From positions 1 to 62,888 of the forward strand of contig JAUNRT010000003.1 of assembly GCA_030535475.1 (NCBI GenBank): a stretch of 62,888 nucleotides of DNA, given 5' to 3'. Origin of the DNA: Weeksellaceae bacterium. GTDB lineage: Bacteria > Bacteroidota > Bacteroidia > Flavobacteriales > Weeksellaceae. The stretch's first letter is position 1, and each line of letters starts with the position of its first letter. Below, in pieces: positions 19,235 through 29,157 of this stretch. The translations under genes were made by a program, and so were the position numbers. Below the pieces are notes generated by a model. The model saw only the letters and a list, made by a program, of their open reading frames with translations, ran no database searches and had not been told where the DNA came from.

Positions 19235-19735
19235 TCAGTATCGGCGTCTGCCCATTGTGAATAATGCTATGATGGCTGAGAGGAACAATCCCAGCAACCC
19301 AAAAGCAATAGGAATGTACACCGCAAAAGACCAAGAATTGAATATCCTTTCCGCTTCCTCTGCTGTGAACTGGTTCTGCTCTATGGCGGCTGCTATGTAA
19401 TTGTCAAAGAAATCCGGGGTAATGAATCGGAAAATGAGAAACTGCAAGGGTGTAAGTATGAGTATAGTGAGTAGTGTGAGAGCCATACCGGAAAAGAATC
19501 CGTGCTTCCACTTCATGCGCTTTTTGTAACGATGAGACTTCTTGTCTATCAAAAATATGTAGTAAACAATAGCCGCAGGTATTATAAATAGTAGTGTGAG
19601 GTATTTGTGTTTCTCAATATTTTCAGAATGCCATCCAAGCTCAAATTCTACTGCGCACCATATAAGAATCACCATTGTGTATATCGCAGCCCATCGCCAT
19701 TCGTATTTTGTGAAATACTTCTTCATGCGCTCCAA
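19235..19735 (-). CDS. Small multi-pass membrane protein (DUF4199-like)
   Basis: Four predicted TM helices, about 166 aa; the family assignment is from memory only. Confidence 0.55.
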   Translation of the reverse strand: MERMKKYFTKYEWRWAAIYTMVILIWCAVEFELGWHSENIEKHKYLTLLFIIPAAIVYYIFLIDKKSHRYKKRMKWKHGFFSGMALTLLTILILTPLQFLIFRFITPDFFDNYIAAAIEQNQFTAEEAERIFNSWSFAVYIPIAFGLLGLFLSAIIALFTMGRRRY

Positions 19736-19952
19736 AACTAATTATTTTTTTTAGAAATCCTATTTTTTGCAATGTATGCTTTGGATATAAAAGATTTTGG
19801 CCATTTGTGTAATTTTTTGTGAGAATACTATATGCGCACCTGTATATAGCTTAGAAAGCGATCATGTCATAGTACACTTTGAAAACTGCTGCAAGCATTT
19901 ATTGTATAGAATCCTGTATTTTTGAGAATAATTTCACTACAATTATAGCGTC

Positions 19953-21200
19953 ATGCGGCAAATAGAAAAACAAAAGGAGCTCAACAGGTACAAGTGGTTT
20001 GCCACAGGGCTTTTTATATTGATGGCTGTGGTATTTGTGGTTACCACCTACATGCAGCGTAGCAATGATGCACATTGGATAGGGCTTATACGCGCATTTG
20101 CAGAGGCTGGAATGGTGGGCGCGCTGGCAGATTGGTTTGCAGTGACGGCTCTGTTTCATCACCCGCTAGGCTTGCGCATTCCGCATACCAATCTCATAGA
20201 GAAAAGCCAGCAAAAAATAGGCAACAATCTAGGCGATTTTGTAGTCGGAAATTTTTTGTCACCGGAAAACTTAAAACCCTATTTCAAAAACTTGCGCATT
20301 GCATCTCGAGCTGGGCAGTGGCTTTCCCAGGCTCACAACCAGCAGAGACTCATAGATGAGGTGTCACACATACTTCTAGACATACTGCACAAAGCAGAAG
20401 AGGAGAAAGTACTACGCTTTGCACTGGGCAAAGCGCAGAATATGCTTACAGAAATGCAACTTAGCAAACCTGCTGCCGGCGCGGTGGAGTATCTGGTAGA
20501 GCAGCAGGCACACCACAAAATTATCACCTATTTGGCCACGGAAATTGGTGGCTTTCTCAGAAACAACAAATCCATGGTGCGTGAGCGCGTGCGCAAGGAG
20601 AGTTCGCCCTTTTTACCGGCCTTTGCAGACAACATGATTGCAGACCGCATACACAAAGGTATGATGGGCTACTTTGCTGAGATAGAACATAATATGCAAC
20701 ATCCTTTGCGTGAGGAAATCGCTGAGAAATTGTTGCAGATAGGTAGAGCAATGGAAGAGGATGGCTACCTGGAAGATGACTTGCAAAACATCATGCAGCA
20801 GCTATTAGATTATGAAAAGGTAGAGCCTTATGTGGGTGAAATTTGGGACAACGTAAAGCAAGGACTGGTGTGGGAGTTGACCCACGCAGAGTCTTCACTA
20901 CAAAGCTATTTGCGTAGAAGCATAGCAGAGTGGGCGCAAAAACTACAGCAAGATGTGGCGCTTCAAGCCAAAGCAGATGGGTGGATAAGGGTGCAAGCCT
21001 ATAGGCAAATCATGCGCAACAGACACAAATTTGGTGAATTGATCAGCAACACGGTAGGCGATTGGGAAGGCCGCGAGTTGAGCAACAAACTAGAACTGGA
21101 AGTGGGCAAAGACTTGCAATTTATTCGGGTAAACGGCACTTTGGTGGGCGGCCTCGTGGGTCTCATCTTGTATGTGATAGTGCATTTTGTGCTGGTGTAA
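19953..21200 (+). CDS. DUF445 family membrane-associated protein
   Basis: FAEAGMVGALADWFAVTALFHHPLGLRIPHTNLI matches the conserved DUF445 N-terminal block. Confidence 0.75.
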   Translation: MRQIEKQKELNRYKWFATGLFILMAVVFVVTTYMQRSNDAHWIGLIRAFAEAGMVGALADWFAVTALFHHPLGLRIPHTNLIEKSQQKIGNNLGDFVVGNFLSPENLKPYFKNLRIASRAGQWLSQAHNQQRLIDEVSHILLDILHKAEEEKVLRFALGKAQNMLTEMQLSKPAAGAVEYLVEQQAHHKIITYLATEIGGFLRNNKSMVRERVRKESSPFLPAFADNMIADRIHKGMMGYFAEIEHNMQHPLREEIAEKLLQIGRAMEEDGYLEDDLQNIMQQLLDYEKVEPYVGEIWDNVKQGLVWELTHAESSLQSYLRRSIAEWAQKLQQDVALQAKADGWIRVQAYRQIMRNRHKFGELISNTVGDWEGRELSNKLELEVGKDLQFIRVNGTLVGGLVGLILYVIVHFVLV

Positions 21201-21280
21201 ACATCACATTTCACAGGCGATGGCGCAAGTTTCAAAAAGATTCATCACAAGGCTTTGAGCAGTTTTTCTGCGAATTTTTA

Positions 21281-21475
21281 TTAGGAGCTATTTCCGGCTG
21301 CCCGCTATTATCTTGCGCATATCCAGCCACAGAAATCGGTGTTGCGGCTGCCTTCACTATCGTTGCGGCCACCGCCACACTGGATTTCTGTACGGCTGTC
21401 TATTTTGCAAGGATAGCCGCTCGCATCCGGGCTAGGCCAGCCCTCAAAGGCCATTTTCCAGCGCAGACATACAGT
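21281..21475 (+). repeat. Solo B-module of the structured repeat family
   Basis: TTAGGAGCTATTTCCGGCTGCCCGCTATTATCTTGCGC...CCGGGCTAGGCCAGCCC is collinear with 16492-16675. The long hairpin carries paired substitutions. Confidence 0.9.
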
Positions 21476-21726
21476 CCATATAGTTTTTAATCATTACAGG
21501 TATTTGAGCCACAAATCTAGTAATCACTTGTTTCTACCTATTTTGAAGTTCTTGCTATTCCGCTCGAAATTCTATATTGCAAACAATAGCAAAAAATCTC
21601 TTTGTGTCAAAAATCAAAACTATTTGAGCGAAGTTATTTTCAGCTAAACTATGATAGATATATCGCTAATAAATGAGAATCATAAAAACCTAAACATAAA
21701 AGATGCTTTTTAGGAGGTTTACTACT

Positions 21727-22965
21727 TTATGTATGTTTTATTGTGAATCCAAGACTTTGCAAGTCTTGCCAAAAACTAGGGTATGACTTATGTACCACCT
21801 CCGGTTCCTGTATGTATATGGGTTGCTGCAGTGCATGTATGGCAAAACTCATAGCCATGCGATGGTCTGCATAGGTTTCTATAATAGGATTTTCAACAAC
21901 AGCTGCATATTCCTTTAGCTCAATAGAATCAGGGGTGATATGCGTTTTAGCTCCTAATTTTTGCAACTCTTGTTGTAGCGCTTCAAGTCTATGGGTTTCT
22001 TTATATGCCAGTGTGTGTAATCCTGTGATGTGGAAGGGGATTCGCAAGCTGGCACACAGTACGGCAAAAGTTTGGGCAAGGTCTGGCGTATGGTTAAAAT
22101 CAACCTTGAAATCGAGTTTTGTGCCGGGAATTGCTTGTGAGGTTTTATGTATATGCAGCCTTTCTGCAGACCAATTTATTTGCAGATTCGTGATTTGAGT
22201 TATTAATTGCAACAGTGCACTATCTCCTTGGGTGCTTGTGCGTGAGAAGTGCATTAGTTCCAAATCAGCTGTTGCTGCGAGAGCTGCTGCAGCGATTAAG
22301 TAACTCGCAGAGCTCCAGTCTGATTCGCATGTAACAACATGGTTTTTGGAAAGTTGGGGCGTATGCTCCACGTGGAATGCTTCATCTGTGAGACTGACAT
22401 TGATGCCTATTTCAGAGAGTTGCGCTTGTGTGAGTTGTAAATAGGGTTTAGAAGTGATAGGAGTTGAAAATAGGATATGAAGTCCGTTTGGCATTTTTGC
22501 GCCTATCAGAGCAAGTGCTGTTATGAATTGGCTGCTGATGTTTCCCGCTACAGAAACTTGTCCGCCGGAAAGTGTCTTTCCCTGTATGTGCAACGGTAAA
22601 TACCCATGTTTCTCCGTATAGTTGATTTGTGCACCGAGTTGCTGGAGGGCAGCAACAAGTGGTTCTATGGGTCTTTGGTGCATGCGTTCTGTGCCGTGCA
22701 GAATGATGTTGCAACCTGGCAATTGCGCAAAGTATGCTGTGAGAAACCTGGCGGCTGTACCCGCATCGTAGATATTAATGTGGTCTGTTAGCTGCGTCAA
22801 GGCGGCTTGCATGATACGCGTATCACGTGCCGTGCTTAGATTGTGTATATCCAGAATTTGAGGATAGAGCGCTTGCAGAATGAGCCAACGATTGCTTATG
22901 CTTTTAGAGCCCGGAATAGTGATTTTACCTTGTAATTGCTTTGTTGGATGGCTGAGTAAAATCAA
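21727..22965 (-). CDS. aroA: 3-phosphoshikimate 1-carboxyvinyltransferase (EPSP synthase)
   Basis: N-terminal GKITIPGSKSISNR motif; 412 aa; apparent TTG start. Confidence 0.9.
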   Translation of the reverse strand: MILLSHPTKQLQGKITIPGSKSISNRWLILQALYPQILDIHNLSTARDTRIMQAALTQLTDHINIYDAGTAARFLTAYFAQLPGCNIILHGTERMHQRPIEPLVAALQQLGAQINYTEKHGYLPLHIQGKTLSGGQVSVAGNISSQFITALALIGAKMPNGLHILFSTPITSKPYLQLTQAQLSEIGINVSLTDEAFHVEHTPQLSKNHVVTCESDWSSASYLIAAAALAATADLELMHFSRTSTQGDSALLQLITQITNLQINWSAERLHIHKTSQAIPGTKLDFKVDFNHTPDLAQTFAVLCASLRIPFHITGLHTLAYKETHRLEALQQELQKLGAKTHITPDSIELKEYAAVVENPIIETYADHRMAMSFAIHALQQPIYIQEPEVVHKSYPSFWQDLQSLGFTIKHT

Positions 22966-23291
22966 GGCTTGAGTTTTGGGTTATTTTGATGTCTGGAAGT
23001 ATCTCGTGAAGTTTTGATTTGCATTTTTTTGTCAAAAGCTGCTTGTAGATCAGTTTGTGTTTGATTAGCAAGGCAGAGAACCACAAACATCACATCTGCA
23101 AGTTCTTCGCCAAGATCTTTGTTTTTATCAGACTCTTTCTCAGACTGCTCTCCATAGCGTCTGGCTATAATTCTTGCCACCTCGCCAACTTCTTCTGTGA
23201 GTTGTGCCATGTTGGTAAGCTCGTTGAAGTATCGTACTCCATGATTTTGAATCCAATTATCTACTTCTTGCTGCAGTTGTTTTATAGGCAT
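22962..23291 (-). CDS. MazG-like nucleotide pyrophosphohydrolase
   Basis: EEVGEVARII...LGEELADVMFVVLCLAN contains the EExxE...ExxD MazG motifs. Confidence 0.8.
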   Translation of the reverse strand: MPIKQLQQEVDNWIQNHGVRYFNELTNMAQLTEEVGEVARIIARRYGEQSEKESDKNKDLGEELADVMFVVLCLANQTQTDLQAAFDKKMQIKTSRDTSRHQNNPKLKP

Positions 23292-25231
23292 TATTTCTTT
23301 CTTAAAATGATTTGTGTGTTTTCCTTATCTACGATATGCTGGTTTTGGGTTTTGAGCGTGAGATTGTAATTGGAGTTAAGTGTGTTGAAAAGTATGATTT
23401 CTTGTGAAGTCACAGTAATTACGTTTCCTGAAACAGTATATTCTATGCCATATAGACCTACTTTGTCATCCATTTCATACAAAAAGTTTTGTGGAACGTT
23501 TTCCACCTCAAATTCTTCATCAAATTGTATTCTCGCTATTTTTATGGAGTTAAATGGTGATCCAAATTCAAATGGAAATTTACGTTTAGTGTCTAGAATT
23601 GGGTTTTTGGTCTGAGCAAGGAAGAGCAATGGCTTTATAAATATGCGATTGCCTATTACATCTATATTATCCTCTCCTCGGATTTTTGCAGAAATGCGTA
23701 CAGCATCTTTCGTTGGGTTTACGTTTACCTGAACATCTTTGTATTCATTAACTTTTTTCCGACTTAAAAATTTTGTCACAAAATCCTGTTGATTGTTTTC
23801 TATGTCTTGGATGTTGTTGATTGCAAAGTAATTGTTTTGTACATTTATGAATTCACCCTCATACGTTCCATCAGCATTAATTTTGTAATTCAAATTTGTT
23901 CGGTCAAGACTTTCCCAATCGTTTTGAATTGGAATTTCCGTACCACTATTATCTTTGATCACAATTGCACGATGATTCATCGCTCGGATCGGCAACATGT
24001 TTATTTTCATGTGTTTGGATGTTGCGTCGAGTAAGATGTTTTTGTTGTTGTGCTGTACACTGGCTACAACATAATCAAGTTTAGAAAGCGATGGTTGTAC
24101 ACCAAGTACACCGTTTCTTACGGAGCTGAGTACAGCAGGATTGGCATCAAATCCTGTCATACGTAGCAGGCTTACTAGTAGAAGGTTGATATCGCTCACA
24201 TTTCCCACCTTATTTTCTAGAGTTTTACGGATACCGCTTTCTGTATAGATACCATAATTACTATTCCAATTAGTGTTTTGCTGTACAAATTGATATACGG
24301 CTTCCAATTTTTTATTGGGGTCTGAATACTGATTGTTAAATTCAGCTGCCTTTTCGCGTAGGTAATTTTGTCCTTTTAATTCCTGGCCAAAATTATGATC
24401 ACTGTTCAGGGTTTTGGCTACGTCGTTCCAATTTTTTGCAAGTTGATGAGAGTCGAAGTTTGCACCATTTACTGACGCAAGTTCCATGCGCACAGAGGAG
24501 CGTAGGTTGTCACTATTTAGTACAAATGGTTCATCTGTAATGGGTAAAGCGTTTCTCAAGAAAAAGGAATGAATGTGTATTTGATTTCCACTTGTGAAAT
24601 CTGTGTTTTTGGCTGTGAATATGTCTGCAGAGCCTTTAGTTTCTGTATTGTAGAAAAATTCGTTGAAATGCTGAAAACTATAGTAGCTATAGACAACGGG
24701 TATTTCATCTTGAAAATACCATAGTCCAGTATCAAAAAAATTGGTTTGTAGCATTTCATAGCTATATTCTATAATAGAGCCGTTTTGCACATTGGGGAAG
24801 GTGAATTTGCGGAAAGTTACATGCTCCGCTTGTTTATCATCAAAAATGTCAGAGTTTCTCACTTTTTCAGATTGCACGTTATCTTGACTACTTAGGTTGT
24901 AGCTAGTTGCACTGAAAGTCTGTAAATGATCGTTTCTACTAGCTCTGTAATTGCGCAGCGTAATGATAGGGTTTAGTATATGATTTGGAGTTTTGTCCTT
25001 GTCATAAATTTTCACCCTTCTTTCAAAAAAAGTTCTCAAGTAAAATCTTTTTTGAGCATCATCCCATGTAAGATATTGCCTTTTGGCTTCATGCAGCACT
25101 TCTGCCGGAGCGCTAGGCTGCAAAGTGCTGCTAGTGCTTTTCAAATCTTCAACTTTCACTCTTTGTAGCTTATCTTGAGAATAGGCAGAAAGACATGCAA
25201 AAATCAGGAGGAGGTAAGAGAGCTTTTTCAT
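23291..25231 (-). CDS. DUF3857/DUF3858-type secreted protein (transglutaminase-like neighbourhood)
   Basis: Has a signal peptide. It is the same size as, and a distant paralog of, the adjacent 25228-27135 gene, an arrangement common in Flavobacteriia. Confidence 0.7.
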   Translation of the reverse strand: MKKLSYLLLIFACLSAYSQDKLQRVKVEDLKSTSSTLQPSAPAEVLHEAKRQYLTWDDAQKRFYLRTFFERRVKIYDKDKTPNHILNPIITLRNYRASRNDHLQTFSATSYNLSSQDNVQSEKVRNSDIFDDKQAEHVTFRKFTFPNVQNGSIIEYSYEMLQTNFFDTGLWYFQDEIPVVYSYYSFQHFNEFFYNTETKGSADIFTAKNTDFTSGNQIHIHSFFLRNALPITDEPFVLNSDNLRSSVRMELASVNGANFDSHQLAKNWNDVAKTLNSDHNFGQELKGQNYLREKAAEFNNQYSDPNKKLEAVYQFVQQNTNWNSNYGIYTESGIRKTLENKVGNVSDINLLLVSLLRMTGFDANPAVLSSVRNGVLGVQPSLSKLDYVVASVQHNNKNILLDATSKHMKINMLPIRAMNHRAIVIKDNSGTEIPIQNDWESLDRTNLNYKINADGTYEGEFINVQNNYFAINNIQDIENNQQDFVTKFLSRKKVNEYKDVQVNVNPTKDAVRISAKIRGEDNIDVIGNRIFIKPLLFLAQTKNPILDTKRKFPFEFGSPFNSIKIARIQFDEEFEVENVPQNFLYEMDDKVGLYGIEYTVSGNVITVTSQEIILFNTLNSNYNLTLKTQNQHIVDKENTQIILRKK

Positions 25232-27135
25232 GATTTCTTTTCAAATAAAATTTTAGATTTTTCAACTCTTTCAATGTTTTTGAAAAAGTCTATGAAGTCG
25301 TTGTATTGTTGTTTGGAATATTCACCTTGATTGAGATCTATGGTGCTATGTATAAGAATTTGTTTATCGTCACTAGTTATTGACATTTCATAACTTCCGA
25401 ATATTGTGGAGATTTTTTGGTTTTGAGGCATTTCAACTATGCTGTGATGCTCTGGGATTTGATAGCTGGCTTGGAAGGTGCTTATGGAACCAAATGGTAT
25501 GTGAAAAGGTAATTTTCTATCATTATTTCGGCCATAATTGTATGGATTTTGAAAGAATGGGTTTATGGAAGTTACTAGAAATACCGGGTTGGGTTTTTGA
25601 TGCCAATTGTCTATGTTGGCATTTACTTCTCGTTGTATATTTCCATAACGCTTGTCATTGGTGATATTAATTTCCTTAACGTAAACTTGCCCTAAGTGAC
25701 TGTATTGCGCCTGAAATTGTTTCTTAAGATCATCTTGATTCATATCTATAAATCGGCGCTCATCATCATACATCAATCCAAAGTGAGAAGACTCTAGGAT
25801 TAGGTTGACTTTGTTGTTAGGCAGATTGGTGGTGTTAATCTTCGTGCTTGTGATGTTTTTCTCTTTTGGATAGAATTGTGTTTTTTGAATTACTCCACCT
25901 TCTGGCGTAAGCACTAAAGCCTTACGATCATAGCCAAATTGCCCTAAATGATTGAAAGGACCTTGCTGTGTTGTGCATTCCAACCATATAGTGTCTTCTT
26001 TGGTTGGCACTTGAAGTAGCATGTGATTTCCTTGAGGTGCAGGTAGATCTGCATCAAAATTTTGTTTGTGTCGAGAATCGGCATAGAGTATTACCAAGTT
26101 GCTTGGTATGTCAACGGCATCGAGAAGGCTTTTCATGTAATTGCTTAGCCCTTTACAGTCACCATATCCTGTTCTGTTTACGTGAGAAGCTTTATATGGT
26201 TGCCAACCGCCAATATTCAATGCTACATTTATATAGCGTGTTTTCTGCTGCAAGTAATTGTAAATTTTATATACTTTTTCTTCTACGTCCTCTTCATTCG
26301 CTACCAATTGTTTTATTTGATTTTTAGTTTCGGTGGGAATATCCATTCGGTCGTTTAGTAAATTATTGTTATACCATAGACCAAACTCTTTCCAGTCTTT
26401 CGCAGAGCCTTTTACAGAAATCAAATTAAAGTCTTGCAAAGCCACGCGTGCATAGGGAAAAAATGATGAAGCTTGTGGTGCCATGGGTTCGTAATCTATT
26501 CCAGCGATTTTCTCAATGGCAAGGTGCAGTTTGTTCCCACTTTTTTCCTGTCTCACGGCAAATTGATCTTGGTTATACAATGAGAAGAAATAGGTAAGAT
26601 TTCTAGGATTGTTGATTATATATTCGCTTTTTTCTACCCCTATATTGTATCCAGAAAAGGGTTGCCAAGTAGGTATAAAAGCGGTGTTAGATTGTTCTAA
26701 TGAAACAAAATATTTGATAGTATATGGATATCTCGTGGGTGTGAAATCACCTACAAGTACTCTACTTTCTGTATATAAACTTGAATTGTCAACAGCGCTA
26801 TAGTCTGAAAAGTCTTTCTTTCCAAGTTTTTTTATAATTTTTCCGTCTGCATCGTATACTTCACCATAGTACTGCTTGATTTTCGTTGATGGAATATAAT
26901 GGATTGGAAAACTTGTAAAGTGATCTGCATTGCTATTAAAAACGGTGACAACTATTTCATATTGATGTTCAAATCGATCTTGCGATAATAACACCAATTC
27001 TGTTTTTTCACTTCGCACCACCGCGCTTTTAGACTTGTCATTGAGTATTTCTGCAGGAATTTCTGATACGGGAAATACTTGACCTTTGGGAGTTAAAAAT
27101 CCCAAAAAGAATACAAAAAAGAACAATCTGTACAT
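25228..27135 (-). CDS. DUF3857 domain / transglutaminase-like protein
   Basis: GYGDCKGLSNYMKSLL looks like a transglutaminase-core Cys motif. The ATG at 27135 (MYRLFFFVFFLG) is preferred. Confidence 0.75.
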   Translation of the reverse strand: MYRLFFFVFFLGFLTPKGQVFPVSEIPAEILNDKSKSAVVRSEKTELVLLSQDRFEHQYEIVVTVFNSNADHFTSFPIHYIPSTKIKQYYGEVYDADGKIIKKLGKKDFSDYSAVDNSSLYTESRVLVGDFTPTRYPYTIKYFVSLEQSNTAFIPTWQPFSGYNIGVEKSEYIINNPRNLTYFFSLYNQDQFAVRQEKSGNKLHLAIEKIAGIDYEPMAPQASSFFPYARVALQDFNLISVKGSAKDWKEFGLWYNNNLLNDRMDIPTETKNQIKQLVANEEDVEEKVYKIYNYLQQKTRYINVALNIGGWQPYKASHVNRTGYGDCKGLSNYMKSLLDAVDIPSNLVILYADSRHKQNFDADLPAPQGNHMLLQVPTKEDTIWLECTTQQGPFNHLGQFGYDRKALVLTPEGGVIQKTQFYPKEKNITSTKINTTNLPNNKVNLILESSHFGLMYDDERRFIDMNQDDLKKQFQAQYSHLGQVYVKEINITNDKRYGNIQREVNANIDNWHQKPNPVFLVTSINPFFQNPYNYGRNNDRKLPFHIPFGSISTFQASYQIPEHHSIVEMPQNQKISTIFGSYEMSITSDDKQILIHSTIDLNQGEYSKQQYNDFIDFFKNIERVEKSKILFEKKS

Positions 27136-27177
27136 TTGGATAGCAATTACCTGTGCATAAATGTACAATAAAAAATA

Positions 27178-27780
27178 TTATTTATTATACAATACCGGAT
27201 TTAATTCTTTGTCATTATACATTTTCATTTGCTTGTATAATTTCATTTTCTTATTTCCGGTTTCCAGATCATTGAGTAGTTGATCCAGTGCAATAGATAA
27301 ATCCTGCTTTTGCGTGCGTAAAATGTGGAGTTTGTCCTGATTCTTTTCCTTTAGCTCTTCAGAAATCTCGTTTCGGCGAGCCTCAATATCCATATGGTAT
27401 ATTTTGAGCGCCAGTATAGAAAACCTATCTACAGCCCAAGCAGGCGTTTCTGTGTTTAGAGAAGCTTCTGAAGAAGGAGTACTTGAAGAAAACTTGTGGT
27501 AAAACCACTCATCTATATCTTCTACGAGATCAGTGCGTTTCTGGTTGGAGTTGTCAATTCTCCGTTTAATCTGTAGTGCTTCTTCTGGCGCAATGTTAGG
27601 ATCACGTATTATGTCTTCTAAATGCCATTGCACAGTGTCAATCCAGTTTTTGTGATACAGCATTGCCTCTAATGTATTAGGCTCATGCGGGTTGTGCATA
27701 GCGGTGTCTACATTGTCAGATTTATGATAATCTTCAATGGATTGATTGAAAATTTGCCAGGCGGTTTCACTGATTTTCAT
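27178..27780 (-). CDS. Hypothetical protein (possibly DUF4254)
   Basis: Clean 200-aa ORF overlapping the upstream gene end; the family call is from memory only. Confidence 0.55.
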   Translation of the reverse strand: MKISETAWQIFNQSIEDYHKSDNVDTAMHNPHEPNTLEAMLYHKNWIDTVQWHLEDIIRDPNIAPEEALQIKRRIDNSNQKRTDLVEDIDEWFYHKFSSSTPSSEASLNTETPAWAVDRFSILALKIYHMDIEARRNEISEELKEKNQDKLHILRTQKQDLSIALDQLLNDLETGNKKMKLYKQMKMYNDKELNPVLYNK

Positions 27781-28903
27781 GATTTAACTTGAATGTTGTG
27801 AATAGTGCTTCATATTGAGTGAGATAGTCACGCTTTTTGCTTTTGCCTTGATTTAGTGGTGCAAAAATCACTGCATCAGCTATATAAAGCATATTGTTGT
27901 TGTGATCTTGTATGATTTTCATGGTATAAGGTCCACCCATTTGAGTGAGAGTCATAGACCAGTAACCTTGTGTTTCGTAAACAGATTGAGAGCTATCTCT
28001 ACTCACTTGTCGAAAATCATAAAAATCCCTAAGCATAGGCTCCTTTTCTGTCTGCAAATGGTCTTCGGTCATCACTCTTAGTGAATCCGCCCCTACAAAC
28101 ATTTGTTGTGGTGCTCTGTTGCCTTTGGTGTGCAAGCGGAATACTGAGTCTCTTATTGCAATTGCATCCTCTATGGTCACTTCCGGTTTGTAGAAAGGTA
28201 CCTTATACACAAATAGGTTGATGAGATCAATAGAGCTGTGATTCACCACTCCTTGATCACTTTGGTGAACATTTTCGATGGTGTTCACAAAATCTCTTCT
28301 ATACCAAAGAAAGTTCTCTTCGTTTAGAGACTTTACAAATCCTTTGGGTATAAGCATATCTACGCCTAGTGCTTTCAAATCAGTTTTATCCTGATCTTTG
28401 TGGCTTTCTCCTGCAAGAACAAATCGGCGTTCTGTGTTTCTGAAAAGCCGAAGAATACTATCTTGATTTTGTTGGAGTAGCGTAACTGCCTCTTGCGGTG
28501 AAGGTGCAGTCACCTGGACGTAAGCTTGGGGTCTTGCAAATTTGTCTTGTTCTATGCTTATAGAGCTTGTACCCTGCTGCACTTCTACCATGAGTCTGGT
28601 ATTTTTGAATCTATTGAGGAGTGCAGGGTCAAATTGTCTGGTTCCGAACATGATTTCGGGTGGGTAATACAAGCCTGGAAATACTTTACCAAACATTAAT
28701 GTGTCCCGCAAACCCTCTTCCATACTATGATACCAGTCTTCAGAAGCGAAAACAGTAACTTGATTAAGAGGACCAGAGGATTCCGGTAGATAAGTGGTTG
28801 TAGATTCTGATTGACAAGAAAATAGCGCCCCGGAAAGCAGTGAAATCATGAGTAGAGAATACACATAATAGTTTTTGCTGCTTTGGAGATATTTTCGAAT
28901 CAT
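27767..28903 (-). CDS. Hypothetical lipoprotein (possibly DUF4837)
   Basis: Signal peptide with a lipobox-like LSGALFSC. Confidence 0.6.
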   Translation of the reverse strand: MIRKYLQSSKNYYVYSLLMISLLSGALFSCQSESTTTYLPESSGPLNQVTVFASEDWYHSMEEGLRDTLMFGKVFPGLYYPPEIMFGTRQFDPALLNRFKNTRLMVEVQQGTSSISIEQDKFARPQAYVQVTAPSPQEAVTLLQQNQDSILRLFRNTERRFVLAGESHKDQDKTDLKALGVDMLIPKGFVKSLNEENFLWYRRDFVNTIENVHQSDQGVVNHSSIDLINLFVYKVPFYKPEVTIEDAIAIRDSVFRLHTKGNRAPQQMFVGADSLRVMTEDHLQTEKEPMLRDFYDFRQVSRDSSQSVYETQGYWSMTLTQMGGPYTMKIIQDHNNNMLYIADAVIFAPLNQGKSKKRDYLTQYEALFTTFKLNHENQ

Positions 28904-28915
28904 GCAGAATTTTAT

Positions 28916-29116
28916 TTAAGCCGGAGGGTTGTTTTTGGGATTTATCTCCTCTTTTTTATCATCGTCTTTGGTAGCATCTTTGAATTCCTTGATGCCCGAA
29001 CCTAATCCACGCATCAATTCTGGAATTTTTCTTCCACCAAATAAGAGTAAAACTACCAGAATTATGGCTACTATTTGCCATGTTCCGATCATTCCCATAA
29101 TGATTGTAGCTAACAT
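28916..29116 (-). CDS. tatA: Twin-arginine translocase subunit TatA/E
   Basis: [26 protein letters not shown] is the canonical TatA helix-hinge-amphipathic motif. Confidence 0.85.
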   Translation of the reverse strand: MLATIIMGMIGTWQIVAIILVVLLLFGGRKIPELMRGLGSGIKEFKDATKDDDKKEEINPKNNPPA

Positions 29117-29157
29117 ACTATATTTTTTACAAAGTTAGGTAATTTGTACGAATTGGA